Source: Octopus sinensis
Taxonomy: Eukaryota
Reading direction: 5' to 3'
DNA: 64,000 bases
NCBI RefSeq assembly: GCF_006345805.1
Contig: NC_042999.1
Coordinates: 151,900,001-151,964,000, forward strand
Below, piece by piece: positions 50,976-63,824 of the stretch. The notes under the pieces are model-generated. The model did not search any database. It saw only the letters and a list, made by a program, of their open reading frames with translations, and was not told where the DNA came from. Within the stretch, counting starts at the first letter, position 1. Each line of letters starts with the position of its first letter. The translations under genes and the position numbers were made by a program.

Positions 50976-51975
50976 CTACAAAACCAAATATAAATACAAA
51001 GTGACGGATAAACAGGCTTAACTTGCCGTACATATCCATACATAATATTTATTTTCATGTGCTAAAATTATCCAACTCTGCTAAGTTATTGGTAATTGTC
51101 ACAGACAGAGATGGTGCTGTTTCACTGTTTTCGCTGTGTTTTCCAGCTGCCTACATTCTTCATTCTTAGTGTTCATAAATTCTGAAATTTCTTTTTAATG
51201 TGTCTTGAGTAATCTAATATTCGAGTGAATAGCAGCCTGGGTGGGGAATGAATTCATTAAGCTATACATAACTATTGGTACTTTTTTTGTTCATATTACA
51301 TATAATTTCATAATAATCTACTTAGACTTGCTAATTCTAAACCAATTTTAGGTATTAAGATACACTATTAAGAACCATACTGGGTGCCAGTCTCTCGAAA
51401 TTTTATGAAGGTGCTTCTCATTTTGGTTGTTTTCAGTGTTTCCATGGTTAAACTAAATTTCTCTTGCCTTGTGGAGTATGTAGTATTTGTTTTGTTATAG
51501 TAAATCTGACAGACTACAACAAGGCTAGCCTTATGTTGATATGTTGTTGCTGTGTATCAGCTCTAGTCAAACAGATGAATGATCAAAGGTGTCCCAGACA
51601 GAATAATCTGTCAGATTTTTTTCTTCTCTCTCAGACTTCATTATTTAATGTCCTTTTTTTTATGATGATATAGTGTGATTTGATCAGGAATTAATTGCTA
51701 TTTTTTTAAAAGAAAAGAAAAGAAAATGCTTTCTTTACCTTTCCTCTTTATTTTTAACTTGTTTCAGTCATTGGACTGTGGCCATACTGGGGCAATGCCT
51801 TGGAGGGTTTTAATCAAACAAATCAGTTTCACTACTTACTTATTAAGTCAAGTGCTTTTTCTGTCTGTTTCTTTTGCTAATCCCAAAGTTATGGGAATGT
51901 AAACACACCAACATGGGGTGTCAAACAATAGGGGCAAGAAAGAAACACACACATAGAGAGAGAGAGAGTTATGAA

Positions 51976-52023
<48 letters not shown>

Positions 52024-52053
52024 CATACAAATATACATATACATACAAATATA

Positions 52054-52947
52054 CAGGGTATCCCAAAAGTCACTGATGGGTTTCAATTTTTAATAACTTC
52101 CTTAACTTAACAAATAAATGCATAAAATTTTGATACAATATAAAAGGACATAATGGAAATTAATATGCACAAGTCAAACTATGCAACACCACTACATCAC
52201 ATATGAAAAATGACATTACTTAAATGGCAGCTATTTTCGGCTTCGCACATTTGTGCTCTTTCCAAAACTTGCACCGTAACACCTTCAAGAGTTTCAGACC
52301 CGACTTCTCTGATTTCTCTATTGATGGTCTCCTTCAGTTGCATCAGGGTTTCTGGTTTGTTGACATAAACCCTCTCTTTCAGGTATCCCTACAAGAAAAA
52401 ATCTGGGCTAGTCAAGTCTGGAGAACATGAAGGCCAGTTGACATTGCCGTAGCAGGAGATTATTCTCTCTCCAAAGCACTGCTGTAGCAACTGCATCGTT
52501 TCTCTTGTAGTATGAGCAGTTGCCCCATCTTGCTGGAACCATGTGTGAGGTCTACTTTGAATGGCCTTCATGTTCCCCAGACTTGACTAGCCTGGAATTT
52601 TTTTTTTTTTGTGGAGATACGTGAAAGAGAGGGTTTACGTCAACAAACCAGACACCCTGGTACAACTGAAGGAGAACATCAATATAGAAATCAGAGAAGT
52701 GTGGTCTGAAACTCTTGAGGATGTTATGATGCAAGTTTTGGAAAGTGCACAGCGTGCAAAGCCGAAAATGGTTGGCATTTAAGTGATGTCATTTTTCAGT
52801 TGTGATGTAATGGTGTCGCCAAATTCGACTTGTGCATATTAATTTCCATTACATCCTTTATATTTTATCAAAATTTTATGCATTTATTTGTTAAGTTAAA
52901 GAAATTATTAAAAACTGAAACCCATCAGTGACTTTTAGGACACCCTG
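52054..52947. mobile_element. Non-autonomous DD41D-type Tc1/mariner derivative built from two inverted 3' ends
   Basis: TA|CAGGGTATCCCAAAAGTCACTGATGGG ... CCCATCAGTGACTTTTAGGACACCCTG|TA. Minus strand QQDGATAH...WPSCSPDLTSPDFFL*GYLKERVY has 41 residues between the 2nd and 3rd Asp. The same WPSCSPDL-to-end segment is repeated on + from 52562. Confidence 0.9.
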
Positions 52948-52958
52948 TATGTGTATAT

Positions 52959-52992
<34 letters not shown>

Positions 52993-53078
52993 ATATATAT
53001 ATAATATATATATATTATATATATATATATATATAATATATATATATTATATATATATATACATATATATATATATTC

Positions 53079-53158
<80 letters not shown>

Positions 53159-53689
53159 TACATACATACATATGTATAATATATATATATGCTCAAGGTA
53201 CTGTGCTGTAGAACTGAACTCAAAGCCATACAAATCAAACTTCTTAACCACATGGTGAAGCCTGTGCCTGTATGAAATATTTGAGAAATTTGGACTAATT
53301 TAATTAATGAAGTGATGTATGCTTGTGATTGGTAAAAAAAGAAAAATGACTAAGCTGAGAAACTAGTTACTTAAAATTTATGTAATTCATCTTATTTTTG
53401 TGCAACCAACTAAATAACTAATTAACAGTTCAATGACATCTTTTATTGATTTTATTACTAATAGTGCTGTTTTATTTAGTATTTGAAATAAAAGTCGCAA
53501 AAATTAAATCAGTATTTTGCATAATGAATAATAAGAATCAAATTTAAGAATTTTCACCTAATCTTACATTCCAGGCAAATTCTATTCTTGTTATTCACTA
53601 GCTGGCCCCCGTGCCGTTAAAAATGATGGCTAATTGTAGTATTTTATATATAAATATGTATGGTAAATCAAATTAATACACTTGTCAGT

Positions 53690-53990
53690 GTTATCCACAC
53701 CAGGCTCCAATCTGATCTGGCAATGTTTCTACAGCTGGATGCCCTTCCTAACACCAACCACTCTGAGAGTGTAGTGGGGCCTTTTTACATGCCACCGACA
53801 TGGGAGCCATGTAAAAAGCATGTTCGGATGGTGTTTTTTACGTGCTACCAGCGCAGGAGCCAATCAGGCGGTGTGGGGGGATGGGGCATGGGCTGACATT
53901 GACCATGTTCGGGTGGTGCTTTTTATGTGCCACTAGCACGGGGAGCCAGCCAGGCGGTACTGGCAATGACTCAAGCATAAATGGTGGTTA
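53690..53990 (-). mobile_element. RTE 3' UTR fragment
   Basis: CCAGGCTCCAATCTGATCTGGCAATGTTTCTACAGCTGGATGCCCTTCCTAAC... Confidence 0.85.
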
Positions 53991-54104
53991 TTGCATGCCA
54001 CCAGCATGGTCACAACTACAATTTCCATTTGATTCCCTTAATGATTATAATAATAATAATAATATTAATAATAATAATAATAATAATAATATAATAATAA
54101 TAAT

Positions 54105-54631
54105 CTCGTGGCTTCTGATCTTAACTGATTGGAAGTGTTATCGTGTACATTGTTTTGTCTTGGTATAAAAGATGGGCTACAGAAAATTTTCTGCTCAGTA
54201 CCACAGATTTGTTTGTCAGTTGCTTGATCTTAACCAGTTGAGCATGTCCCTTAGTGGCTGACGATATGTGCATCTCTGATCACGAGCAGAAGTAGTGGGG
54301 GAGCATCATAGCCATGTGTTGAGAGGGATTCTTTGGGCTTTGAATAACTCACCTCTGGAAACATGGGTGTTTCATTCAACATCCTTAAACAGCCCTTATT
54401 CAGGGACCTTTTGAATGGGATGGGTTACTCGACCAGAAGAAAATTCTAACTGGGCCCCACCTGCAAGGTCATGATTTGTTTATCTTGATATGAGATCACC
54501 GTGTTGCGCACATATGCTTGTGATGCATGTGCCTAGTGTACCCTTATCAGACGGGTAGTCATGATGGGTATACTGGGCTTCGTATATTTTACCCCAGTGT
54601 CACTTTGATGGCATGCACTGCTCTCTTACTC
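54105..54631 (+). mobile_element. ~530-bp insert between (AAT)n tracts; possible 3' end of a microsatellite-targeting non-LTR element (Dong/R4-like)
   Basis: GC-richer block flanked by (AAT)n on both sides. No ORF evidence; the family call rests only on the target site. Confidence 0.4.
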
Positions 54632-55030
54632 AATAATAATAATGATAATTTCTCAAGTTCTTGTGATTTCAAATTCTTTGATATTGAATCTATGCATCAG
54701 CATGTGGCAGATATTAGTGTATGGGTGAGTTCTCAGTAGACTACTATTCAGTTCCTGGTTGGAATCACTGTGTTGCTGATACCCTGCAAATGGTCTGTAC
54801 ATTGTAATTCCCCACATCCCTTCCATTGTACATAAATGGTTTCATAAGAATATGAAATGGATTGTGTGTCTGCATGTGTATATGTGTAGCTATATGCACG
54901 TGCCTGTGACTGTATGTATGCATGTACATGTGTCCATGTGTGGTTATTGTCTTGATAATATTCTAGCAGGCAAGTGATAATTTAAACCAGTTCCATGTAA
55001 ACAATACTTTGCTAAATGCAGAAAAAGAAT

Positions 55031-55070
<40 letters not shown>

Positions 55071-56629
55071 GTATTTATAATTTATCAGAAAAACAAATAA
55101 AAATTACTGCATTGCAAATTTGAGCAAAGCAATAAAAGAACCATGAACCATGTTTGCTGTTGTTCTGAATAGATGATTAACAATGGTCGTTAAGTTAGGA
55201 GTTTACATCAATAATAGAAAATCCATCTTTCATTTTTGCTCAGACAGGAGGCACTTAAACTTTAACTCTTAGCTACATTGTCAAATATTAGCTACCATTT
55301 TGTTGAAAACCATATACAATGAATGTTACCCTATACAAATGTAGCTATTGTATTTTCTCTTCTGTTATCAAATTAGTATCAAATTTTTGCTAATCTTCCT
55401 ACTTAATTGTTGATGATTATTGCTTCTAGTTAATAGTGAGGAGTGGTTTACTAAAGACTTGCCTAAATGGGCAATTGTATAAATTCTCGTTTGAATTGTT
55501 AAGTAGAGTTAATATTCAATTGTTCATGGAGTAAATTGCCCAAGAAAATAAGAAGTTAATTAAGTGACTTGCTGAGCTGAGTGTAATATTACTTAACCCT
55601 TTTAAGACCATATTTCAGACTAAATATACTTATGTTTCCAGATTAATTTTGAATGTAATATAAAATTTAAAGGAATTGTGATAAAATAACCGACTTTTTC
55701 ATTATTACGCTACTGTTTGAAATATAACTGAACAACATACTCTTACATGAAAAGAATAATGGATAGTTTTAATGTAAATACAAACATTTTAAAACAGGCA
55801 GCCTTGTTTCATAGAACCAGAAGTGATCTCAAGGGAATTTGTATCAAAAGGAAAAATAATTAATTATTCTAAACTGACTGAACTATGCAGACTTTGTTAT
55901 TTTGTTTCACTCTACAAAACATGCATTTTCCTTTTTTTTTTTCCCTTTCTCCCTTTGTTTTCTAACTATAGAACTTTTAGTCTGTGAATTATGGTATTTA
56001 ATTTTAAGAACCATGGTCAGAGACATGAGAATAGTTTCAGCCATTCATAGTAATCGTTTATATTTTATATCTGTTTTGGGAGTATATTCATTAACTGACT
56101 CAAAAATCACAGTAGTTTTATTCTTTCATATAAAAAGAACCAAAGTTATATGTAGAATCATGATTATCATTAATACATCTAACGTTACTTATTTATGAAT
56201 TTTTACAGTTATAACAGTAGCTCACCCAGTATCAGAAAATTTATTGCAAATCAGATAAGCTAAAAAAAAAATAGAATAAAAATGAATCAGGTTCTTATGA
56301 GAATATTAGTTGTACTGAATTCAGGAAAGATTTTAGGATGTGCTGGAACTTACTTTCTTCATTTTAATATTGGTTACATTCTTGATTTGATATTTTTATG
56401 TAAACTTTGTATATATATAGGTGCAAAAATAGCTATGTGATAAGAAGCTTGCTTCTCAACCACATGGTTCTGGGTTCAGTCCCACTGCATGGCACCTTGG
56501 GCAAGTGTCTTCTATTATAACCTCAGGCCAACCAAAGCCTTGTCAGTGAATTTGGTAGATGGAAAACTGGAAGAAGCCTGTTGTATATATGCTGTATGTA
56601 TGTATATATATATATATATATATATATGG

Positions 56630-56994
56630 CTCTCTGTCAGTTATGATGACAAGGGTTCCAGTTGATTCGATCAACGGAACAGCCTGCTCATGAAATTAAC
56701 ATGCAAGTGGCTGAGCACTCCTCAGACACATGTACTCTTAATGTAGTTCTCGGAGAGATTCAGCATGACACAGAATGTGACAAGGCTGGGCCACCTTTGA
56801 AATACAAGTACAACAGAAACAGGAAGAAAGAGTGAGAGAAAGTAGTGGTGAAAGAATACAGGAGAGATCATCACTAATCCCAGTCAGAGCCTTGTGGAGC
56901 TTTAGGTGTTTTCACTCAATAAACACTCACAATGCCTGGTCTGGGAATCAAAACTGCGATCCTGCTGCTCTAACAACTGGGCTGTTGTGCCTCC
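56630..56994 (-). mobile_element. SINE family A, near full length
   Basis: Reverse complement homologous over its length to 14936-15319. Confidence 0.9.
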
Positions 56995-57654
56995 ACACAC
57001 ACGCACGCACTCACGCACGCACGCACGCACACACGCACATATTCACATTTATACCAATAATAATTGATGTACTTGGTTCTGTGATTAACTCATTCCTGCC
57101 AATCGTCTGTTTAAACTGACACTTAATTTATAAGGATATAAAACAAATACTTGATACAAATTGTGATTTGTGTATGATCTGTATCAAAGAATGAAACACC
57201 TTCTTAACGCATATGCAGTCTGTATTAAATGGATTTCGATGAAATTTTTTTCAGTTGTTATTTAGGTCAAAATCATAGTACCTGTGAATTTTCAAGCAAT
57301 TTCATTCACTAGAAAAAATTAGGCACGAATGGTTTAAATGCCTATTTGACAATCTGGATAAGCTTGGATTTTCAGAAAAAGAAATCAAGCAACTAATTTG
57401 CACGTTACAAATACAATTTGTCAGTGGAACAGTAAAAATATGCAAGACTTTTTTCAAATTTAAAATATGACATAGCTTTCATTAAACTATATGTAAAATT
57501 AATCACAAACAATGATCTGTTGAAGTGTTGTTTATTATGTGTTAAACATCTACAATGTGAAAGAGAGAGTGATCAGCCATTAAGACCCAGGTTTTGTTAA
57601 CTGTCCAACTGAAAGTCCTTCTCTGCCATCTGTTTTAATAGCTAGTTTGCAGTA

Positions 57655-58250
57655 AAAGTCTCATCATCATTAACGTCCATTGTCCATGCCGGCATGGGCT
57701 GAACAGTTTGACTGGGCTGGCAAGCTGGAAGGCTGTGCCAGGCTCCAGTCTGATTTGGCATGTTTTTTTACAGCTGGATGCCATTCCTAATGCCAACCAC
57801 TCCAAGAGTGTAATGGGTACTTTTATGTGCCACTGGCACAGGTGCCATTTGTGTGACACCGGTATCTACCACGACTGCGATTTTGCTCAGCTTGATGGGT
57901 CTTCTTCTCAAGCACGACATAATGCCAAAGGCCTTGGTCAGGCCTCCGTGAGGTCCAACACTGAAAAGGCCCAATGCTTGAAAGGAACTCAGTCACCATG
58001 CCTCCACGAGGCCCAACATTTCAAAGAAACTCAGCCACTTTGCCTCCATCAGGCTCAGAAACTCAGCCACTATGCCTTCATGAGGCCCAATGCTCAAAAG
58101 GAACTCAGTCACCATGCCTCCATGAGGCCCAACATTCAAAAGTTGATTTTTTACATGCCACCAGCACGGGTGCACTTGGCTTGATGGGTCCTCTTAAGCA
58201 GAGCACATTGCCAAAGGTCTCAGTCACTAGTCATTGCCCCTGTGAGATTC
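57655..58250 (-). mobile_element. RTE 3' fragment with an internal ~40-bp minisatellite (57940-58140)
   Basis: Tail CATCATCATTAACGTCCATTGTCCATGC. Repeats of GCCTCCA(T/C)GAGGCCCAA(C/T)..TCAAA.GAACTCAG.CAC. Confidence 0.85.
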
Positions 58251-59689
58251 TTTCTTAAAAACCACCAGCTCCTTCCTCAGAGAAGAATTTAAATAATTCA
58301 AATCAGAAGAGAACACACATATATAGTGGAGTGGTACTGCACCTCCTTCTACTCAACCTGCCCCGTTGTTCTCTTATGGCTCACTATCACTAATCCTCTC
58401 CCTGCTGTTGCTAACTCTACTCTTTCCCTTCAGTCCACTCTCAACAGGAAGCATGTTCAACCCCAATAAGAACTGACTTGGATCCTGGCAAACCAGGTAT
58501 GGCAAGTGGACTGACCTACTCCATCACTTGGTTTTCTCACTCAACCCACCCTGTCACCATTACCAATTTGTCCCACCCCTCACTCTCCTTCACCCTAATC
58601 CTTGACACTTCTCCCTTCAACAGTGTTTGCCCTGTTTTTCTTTCCACTATCATCCTCACACAACAATATATCTGTTCCATCCATCAGAAGGACTCTCTTA
58701 TCATGTTGCAAGCTACAAGATGACCTCCATCAGTACTGGTGTTGCGAAAATGGTTTTGTATTTAGAAAAACTATATCAACTAGCAGAGTTGACAATGTAT
58801 AGCTATTAAATATATTTGGGTGTTGTTCAGTTGAGAGTGTAGTTATGTTTTTATGACTGAAGTGGTTTTAAATACGAAAATAAACATAAAGAATAAATAA
58901 AACAACTTACCACAAAAATCAAAGTAAATAATTCAAATTCAAAACTGACAGGAATTCCTATTGCCTTAAATTCTTGGTTCAAATTACGTAAAATTTGCAT
59001 AGTAAGTGCAAGGATTATACTAAGTACAAAAGGACAATTTTGTAACATGAATGCTGAGCAGGAGAGGCAATACTTTCTGTGTCACTGTGAGTTGGACTCT
59101 TAGAGAGAGTATTTAATTTATAATTAAGAAGATATTGAGGGATGTGGAAATGATATGTATATACAACTACAGATGAAATTAACTTGTAAGTTATGATTTA
59201 TTCTGTTATAAAATACAATGATTGCCATACATGAAATAAATATAACAGGTTACATCAAAGATGTGAGGGATTTTGTGGTTAGGCTGGACTGATCTTGTAG
59301 ACATAGTCGACATATTGTTTGGTGGTGTGTAGAGGCAGCTGTTGGTCTGTTGGTTGTGTTATGTTCATACAGCAACGATGTAAGTTGGTGTCTGGTGGAG
59401 AAGATGAAAGTGGAGACTGGCTGGTGTCAGATGCCTCGTTGCCAGAGATGAGTTGCGTGTGGTCAGTGGTGTGTGCCAAAGACAAAGCGTAGTGGAGAAA
59501 CACCGTTCTTATAGAGAATAGTAGGCTCCCAGGAGCTGGTGATTAATTTCCCACATAAGGAAAAATGAGCTGTTGCACCAACACAATTGGATGGCTGAAA
59601 ATGAACATCCTTGTATGATGGTGATGCTCATTTACAAGGTTACACACACACACACAATTATGTGTGTGTGTGTGTGTATCATCATCATC

Positions 59690-59853
59690 ATCATCATCGT
59701 TTAACGTCCGTTCTCCATGCTAGCATGGGTTGGACAGTTCAACCGGGAGTCTGGGAAGCCAGAAGGCTGCACCAAGCTCCAGTCTTATCTGGCAATGTTT
59801 CTACAGCTGGATGACCTTCCTAACACCAACCACTCCGTGAGTGTATGTGTTTG

Positions 59854-59926
<73 letters not shown>

Positions 59927-60085
59927 TCAACATCATCATCATCGTTTAATGTCCATTTTCCATGCTAGCATAGGTTGGACGGTTCGACTGGGGTCTGGGA
60001 AGCCAGGAGGCTGCACCAGGCTCCAGTCTGATCTGGTAGTGTTTCTACAGCTGGATGCCCTTCCTAACACCAACCACTCTGTTTA
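59690..60085 (-). mobile_element. Two tandem RTE 3' tails separated by a microsatellite
   Basis: CATCATCGTTTAA(C/T)GTCC...CTAACACCAACCACTC at 59690-59835 and 59935-60080. Confidence 0.88.
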
Positions 60086-61209
60086 CTCACATGGTCATGC
60101 TGGAACGAAAAGGCTTGTGGAGCTGGCATTCGGGTGATTAAGCCCAGGTGAATCAAAACAAAAAAACATCTCATACATAATGATAGTGTAAATCACTTCT
60201 GCTACAAATTTTACTAACCTCAGCCTACCTGGATGTAATGACTGTCCTAGCAGGAAACTAAAAATATTCATTAGTTTTGAAATTCTTCAAAGATTGAAGA
60301 CAAATTTACATTTTACAGAAACTAAATTAGTTAACCTTTATTCAATTCAGATTTGAATTAACCTTGCATTATTCAAGAATTCAGAATCTGTCACAGACAT
60401 CGTATTGTGTCTTTGAATAAGTTATCTACCTCTTCAGAAAGTAGTTTTCATTTCCTGTACAATGTTTGCTTTTTTGCTCAAGAAAATACTTAATAATGCA
60501 ATGAGCATATAATAATATAACATCAGAATATATACCTTAAACTATTTAGTTCCATCATGCTACATTCTAAGTTTGCATCCGATAAAAATTAACTTTTGAA
60601 TCTTGATAGTACTGACATTCTTAGCTGGTAACATTTCACACCCAAAAAGATAAATTTTGATTGGATATACTACAAGAAGACCAAATATACTACTACTAGC
60701 CATTCATTTGAATTGCAAAACTTAAGCTGTTGATCCTATCATGTTGGAGAAGTTAACAGAGGTCTAGCTTAATGCAAAATTCAATTTAATGAAGCTGCTG
60801 ACTTTACTGTGAATGCAAACTAATGTTGAAAATGGAATGGTCAGTACTGAATGTATGTGGACTGTCCCTTGTCGAATTGGAAGAGAATTTCAAAAAGAGA
60901 CACAATTTCTGTATTTTTAGCTCAGTATGGCTGCTGTTTAATGACTGAAACAAGTGAAAGAATAAAAGAATATGTGGCCTTGTTGTCTAATGTAATATCA
61001 TCGTCATTATTCTAATCTCCACTTTCCTTGCTTGCATGGGTCAGATGGAAACTGTTGAATAAGATTTTCTATGGTTGGATGCTCTTCCTGTCACCAACCC
61101 CCATGTTTCCAAGCAAGGTCATATTTCCCCATGGCCAGACATGTTTTCACAAACTAGGTGATGCTCATTTACAAGGTTACACACACACACACAATTATGT
61201 GTATGTGTG

Positions 61210-61243
<34 letters not shown>

Positions 61244-62791
61244 ATGTTTATATATATATGTATATGTATGTTTATATATATATGTATAAAAAATATATAT
61301 AAAAATACAAAATGGGACAAGAACTCAAAACATTCAAATAGACGACACAAAAAATGGACAGGTCATTCGAAGCCTCTAATCTTCAGTCAAGAACCGGATC
61401 ATCCTCGCAATTTTGGCTGATTAATCTTGAGATCGCTCCGATATATATCATCATCATCGTTTAACGTCCGTTTTCCATGCTAGCATGGGTTGGACGGTTT
61501 GACTGGAGTCTATGTACTGCATGGTGAAACTGAACCCAAAACCATGTAGTTGGGAAGCAAGCTTATTAACCTTACAGCTACACCTGAACCTATTAACTGC
61601 ACAGCCAGACATAAAGGGTAACAAAGACTCTGGATTTCTGGCTACTGGATCAAGAGTTCATATTCTGCTGCAGACTTTATGCTATATAACTTTATTTCAA
61701 TAAATAAACTAAATATTTATTTAGAAAACAAATATTGTGAAGGCAATCAATACATGCAAATTTTCAATATTAATATTAAACCATTTTTTTTTGGGGTGTG
61801 TTTAACACAACAGACAGCTATAGTATTCCTTTGTTCTCTCTCTCTCTCTCTCTCTCTCTTTATCATCCACACACAGACCACACATTCATCCACTCATGTA
61901 TGTTATCATTTTATGTCCCACATGATACAACCAGGACTGAAAGCAATCACTCAACCATCTGCTGGAATGCTAGCAGCAACTCAGATAACCTCTAACCTCC
62001 TACTACAATGCGTTTTCTTTTGACCTGTTATGACTGCAATGGTCTGCTTAGGTCTCTATTACTAGCTTTCTCTTTCATCCTCCGAGAAATTCATAAAATT
62101 AATTCTAGTAATAAATTCATACTGATTTAATTGATTATATGCTCCCACCGCCATCACCCTAAAAGAACTAGTGTTCTGCTGACAACATGGAAGGCTTGTG
62201 GGCATGTACAACTGTCCAGCCTCTGAATTCAGCAGAGAATATTAAAAAGAATTTTTAGTGTATTTTGGGCATTTAATGTTTATTGAGATACATAGCTACA
62301 ACATGGCAAAAAATAAAATCTCGGACGAAACATGCTATTAGGACAGCAGAAAAAATTGTTTTTAAATAATTATAATACTGCTGTAATTTAGAAGAGGAAA
62401 CAAAAGTAGCTTAGCTAGAGCTGAAAACATTTTTGAACAACAAACTTCCAGTAGAAATGAGAAGAATGCTGGTAAATCAGGAAATGAGACAAGAAGAATA
62501 GTAATTTATAGCTAAAATATAATGTATGAATGCAATAATAAATCATGCTAGAAAAAAAAAGCAACAACAACAAAAACAACAAAATGCCTTAGCTATAGCA
62601 GCAAACATTTCATTCAATGCATAACAGCGAAGATGAACAAACATAAAGCAGGGAAACTGACAAAGAAGAATAGTCATTTGCAGTGAAAATATCATATTGT
62701 ATAGGAATGCTGTTGTAATACAGTGGGTATAATAGAATAAAATAGGCAGTTGCAAGGTATCAAGGCATTTATTGCAGATTTCTACAGAAGA

Positions 62792-62909
62792 ACATACATA
62801 CATACATACATACATACATACATACATACATACATACATACATACATACATACATACATACATACATACATACATACATACATACATACATACATACATA
62901 CATACATAC
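62792..62909. repeat. Perfect (ACAT)n microsatellite, about 29 units
   Basis: Seen directly. Confidence 0.97.
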
Positions 62910-62914
62910 GTACG

Positions 62915-63135
62915 TATGTATGTATATCCCAAAAAAAACAAAGAACAAACACAAAAATACAACAATGTGAGGATTTGATACATGTAAAGTATTAGCAGAG
63001 GCTCAGGGAAGGAAAGAAAGATGGTTTAACGTTTCGAGCAAAGCTCTTCTTCAGAGCCAGAGAAAAGTCTAATAGAAAAGGAAGGTGGAGGAAAAAAAAT
63101 TGCCAACGATTCACATCTGGTTACATTTGAGACAT
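62915..63135 (-). mobile_element. Probable Penelope-like fragment carrying a minimal hammerhead
   Basis: Unique-looking block between (ACAT)n and (TA)n that contains the motif at 63021-63060. The class is inferred from the known association of minimal hammerheads with Penelope-like elements. Confidence 0.5.
63021..63060 (-). ncRNA. Minimal type I hammerhead motif with palindromic helix III (stem I imperfect)
   Basis: CUGGCU-CUGAAGA-A-GAGC(UUU)GCUC-GAAA-CG-UU-AAACCAU: intact core, 4-bp stem II and self-complementary ACGU. Confidence 0.6.
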
Positions 63136-63155
63136 TAAACAAAGCTGATGATGAT

Positions 63156-63236
<81 letters not shown>

Positions 63237-63264
63237 CGTGTGTGTGTGTGTGTGTCTCATCATC

Positions 63265-63530
63265 ATCATCATCATCATCAGCTTTGTTTAATGCCTTATT
63301 TGCACACTGTCATGGTTTGGAAGATTAGGCAAGAGCTGGCAAGGCTGATAGCTACATCAGGGTTCCATTGTCTGTTTTGGCATGGCTTCTACAGCTGAAT
63401 GCCTTTCCTAACATCAACCCCTTTACAGCGTGTACAGTGGGGGGGGGGGCTTTTTACCGGGCACCAGCACCAGTGCTCTTTATATGGCACCATCACAAGT
63501 GCTTCCTTTGTAGCACCAGCACCAACAGGG
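63265..63530 (-). mobile_element. Degenerate RTE 3' tail
   Basis: (CAT)n then ...CTTCTACAGCTGAATGCCTTTCCTAACATCAACC... Confidence 0.7.
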
Positions 63531-63824
63531 TTACCAAGTACCTTTCCAGACAAAAGCCCCTCAACTGGGAGTGGTGAGTAGTATTGAGTAGGAAGTGGCT
63601 TTGTGCCAGTTGAGAAGGACAGATATAAGTGCCTTGCTGTACAAGGATACTCCAGTAGAAAAAGAAAGGAGAGTGTGTCTATCCAGGTTGACTCAACATG
63701 AAGGACCACTCAAATTCTATTCTATCTCATCAATGTCATTGATAAGATAGAGAAGAATTCCAATGGTCCTTTGTGTTGATTCAACATGGATAGGTATTAA
63801 ACTTCAGAGCACCACTGGCAAAGC

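Noticed and set aside
61355-61395. Minus-strand CTGAAGA...GAAT motif in a TA-flanked repeat fragment
   Set aside because: It has GAAT instead of GAAA and no convincing stems in this copy. It could be a decayed relative but is unsupported.
3338-62995. Dozens of ORFs rich in YI, HT, CV, LS, poly-S, poly-D/N or poly-M
   Set aside because: They are translations of (TA)n, (CA)n, (CT)n, (CAT)n and (ACAT)n microsatellites or of SINE bodies, with no domain content.
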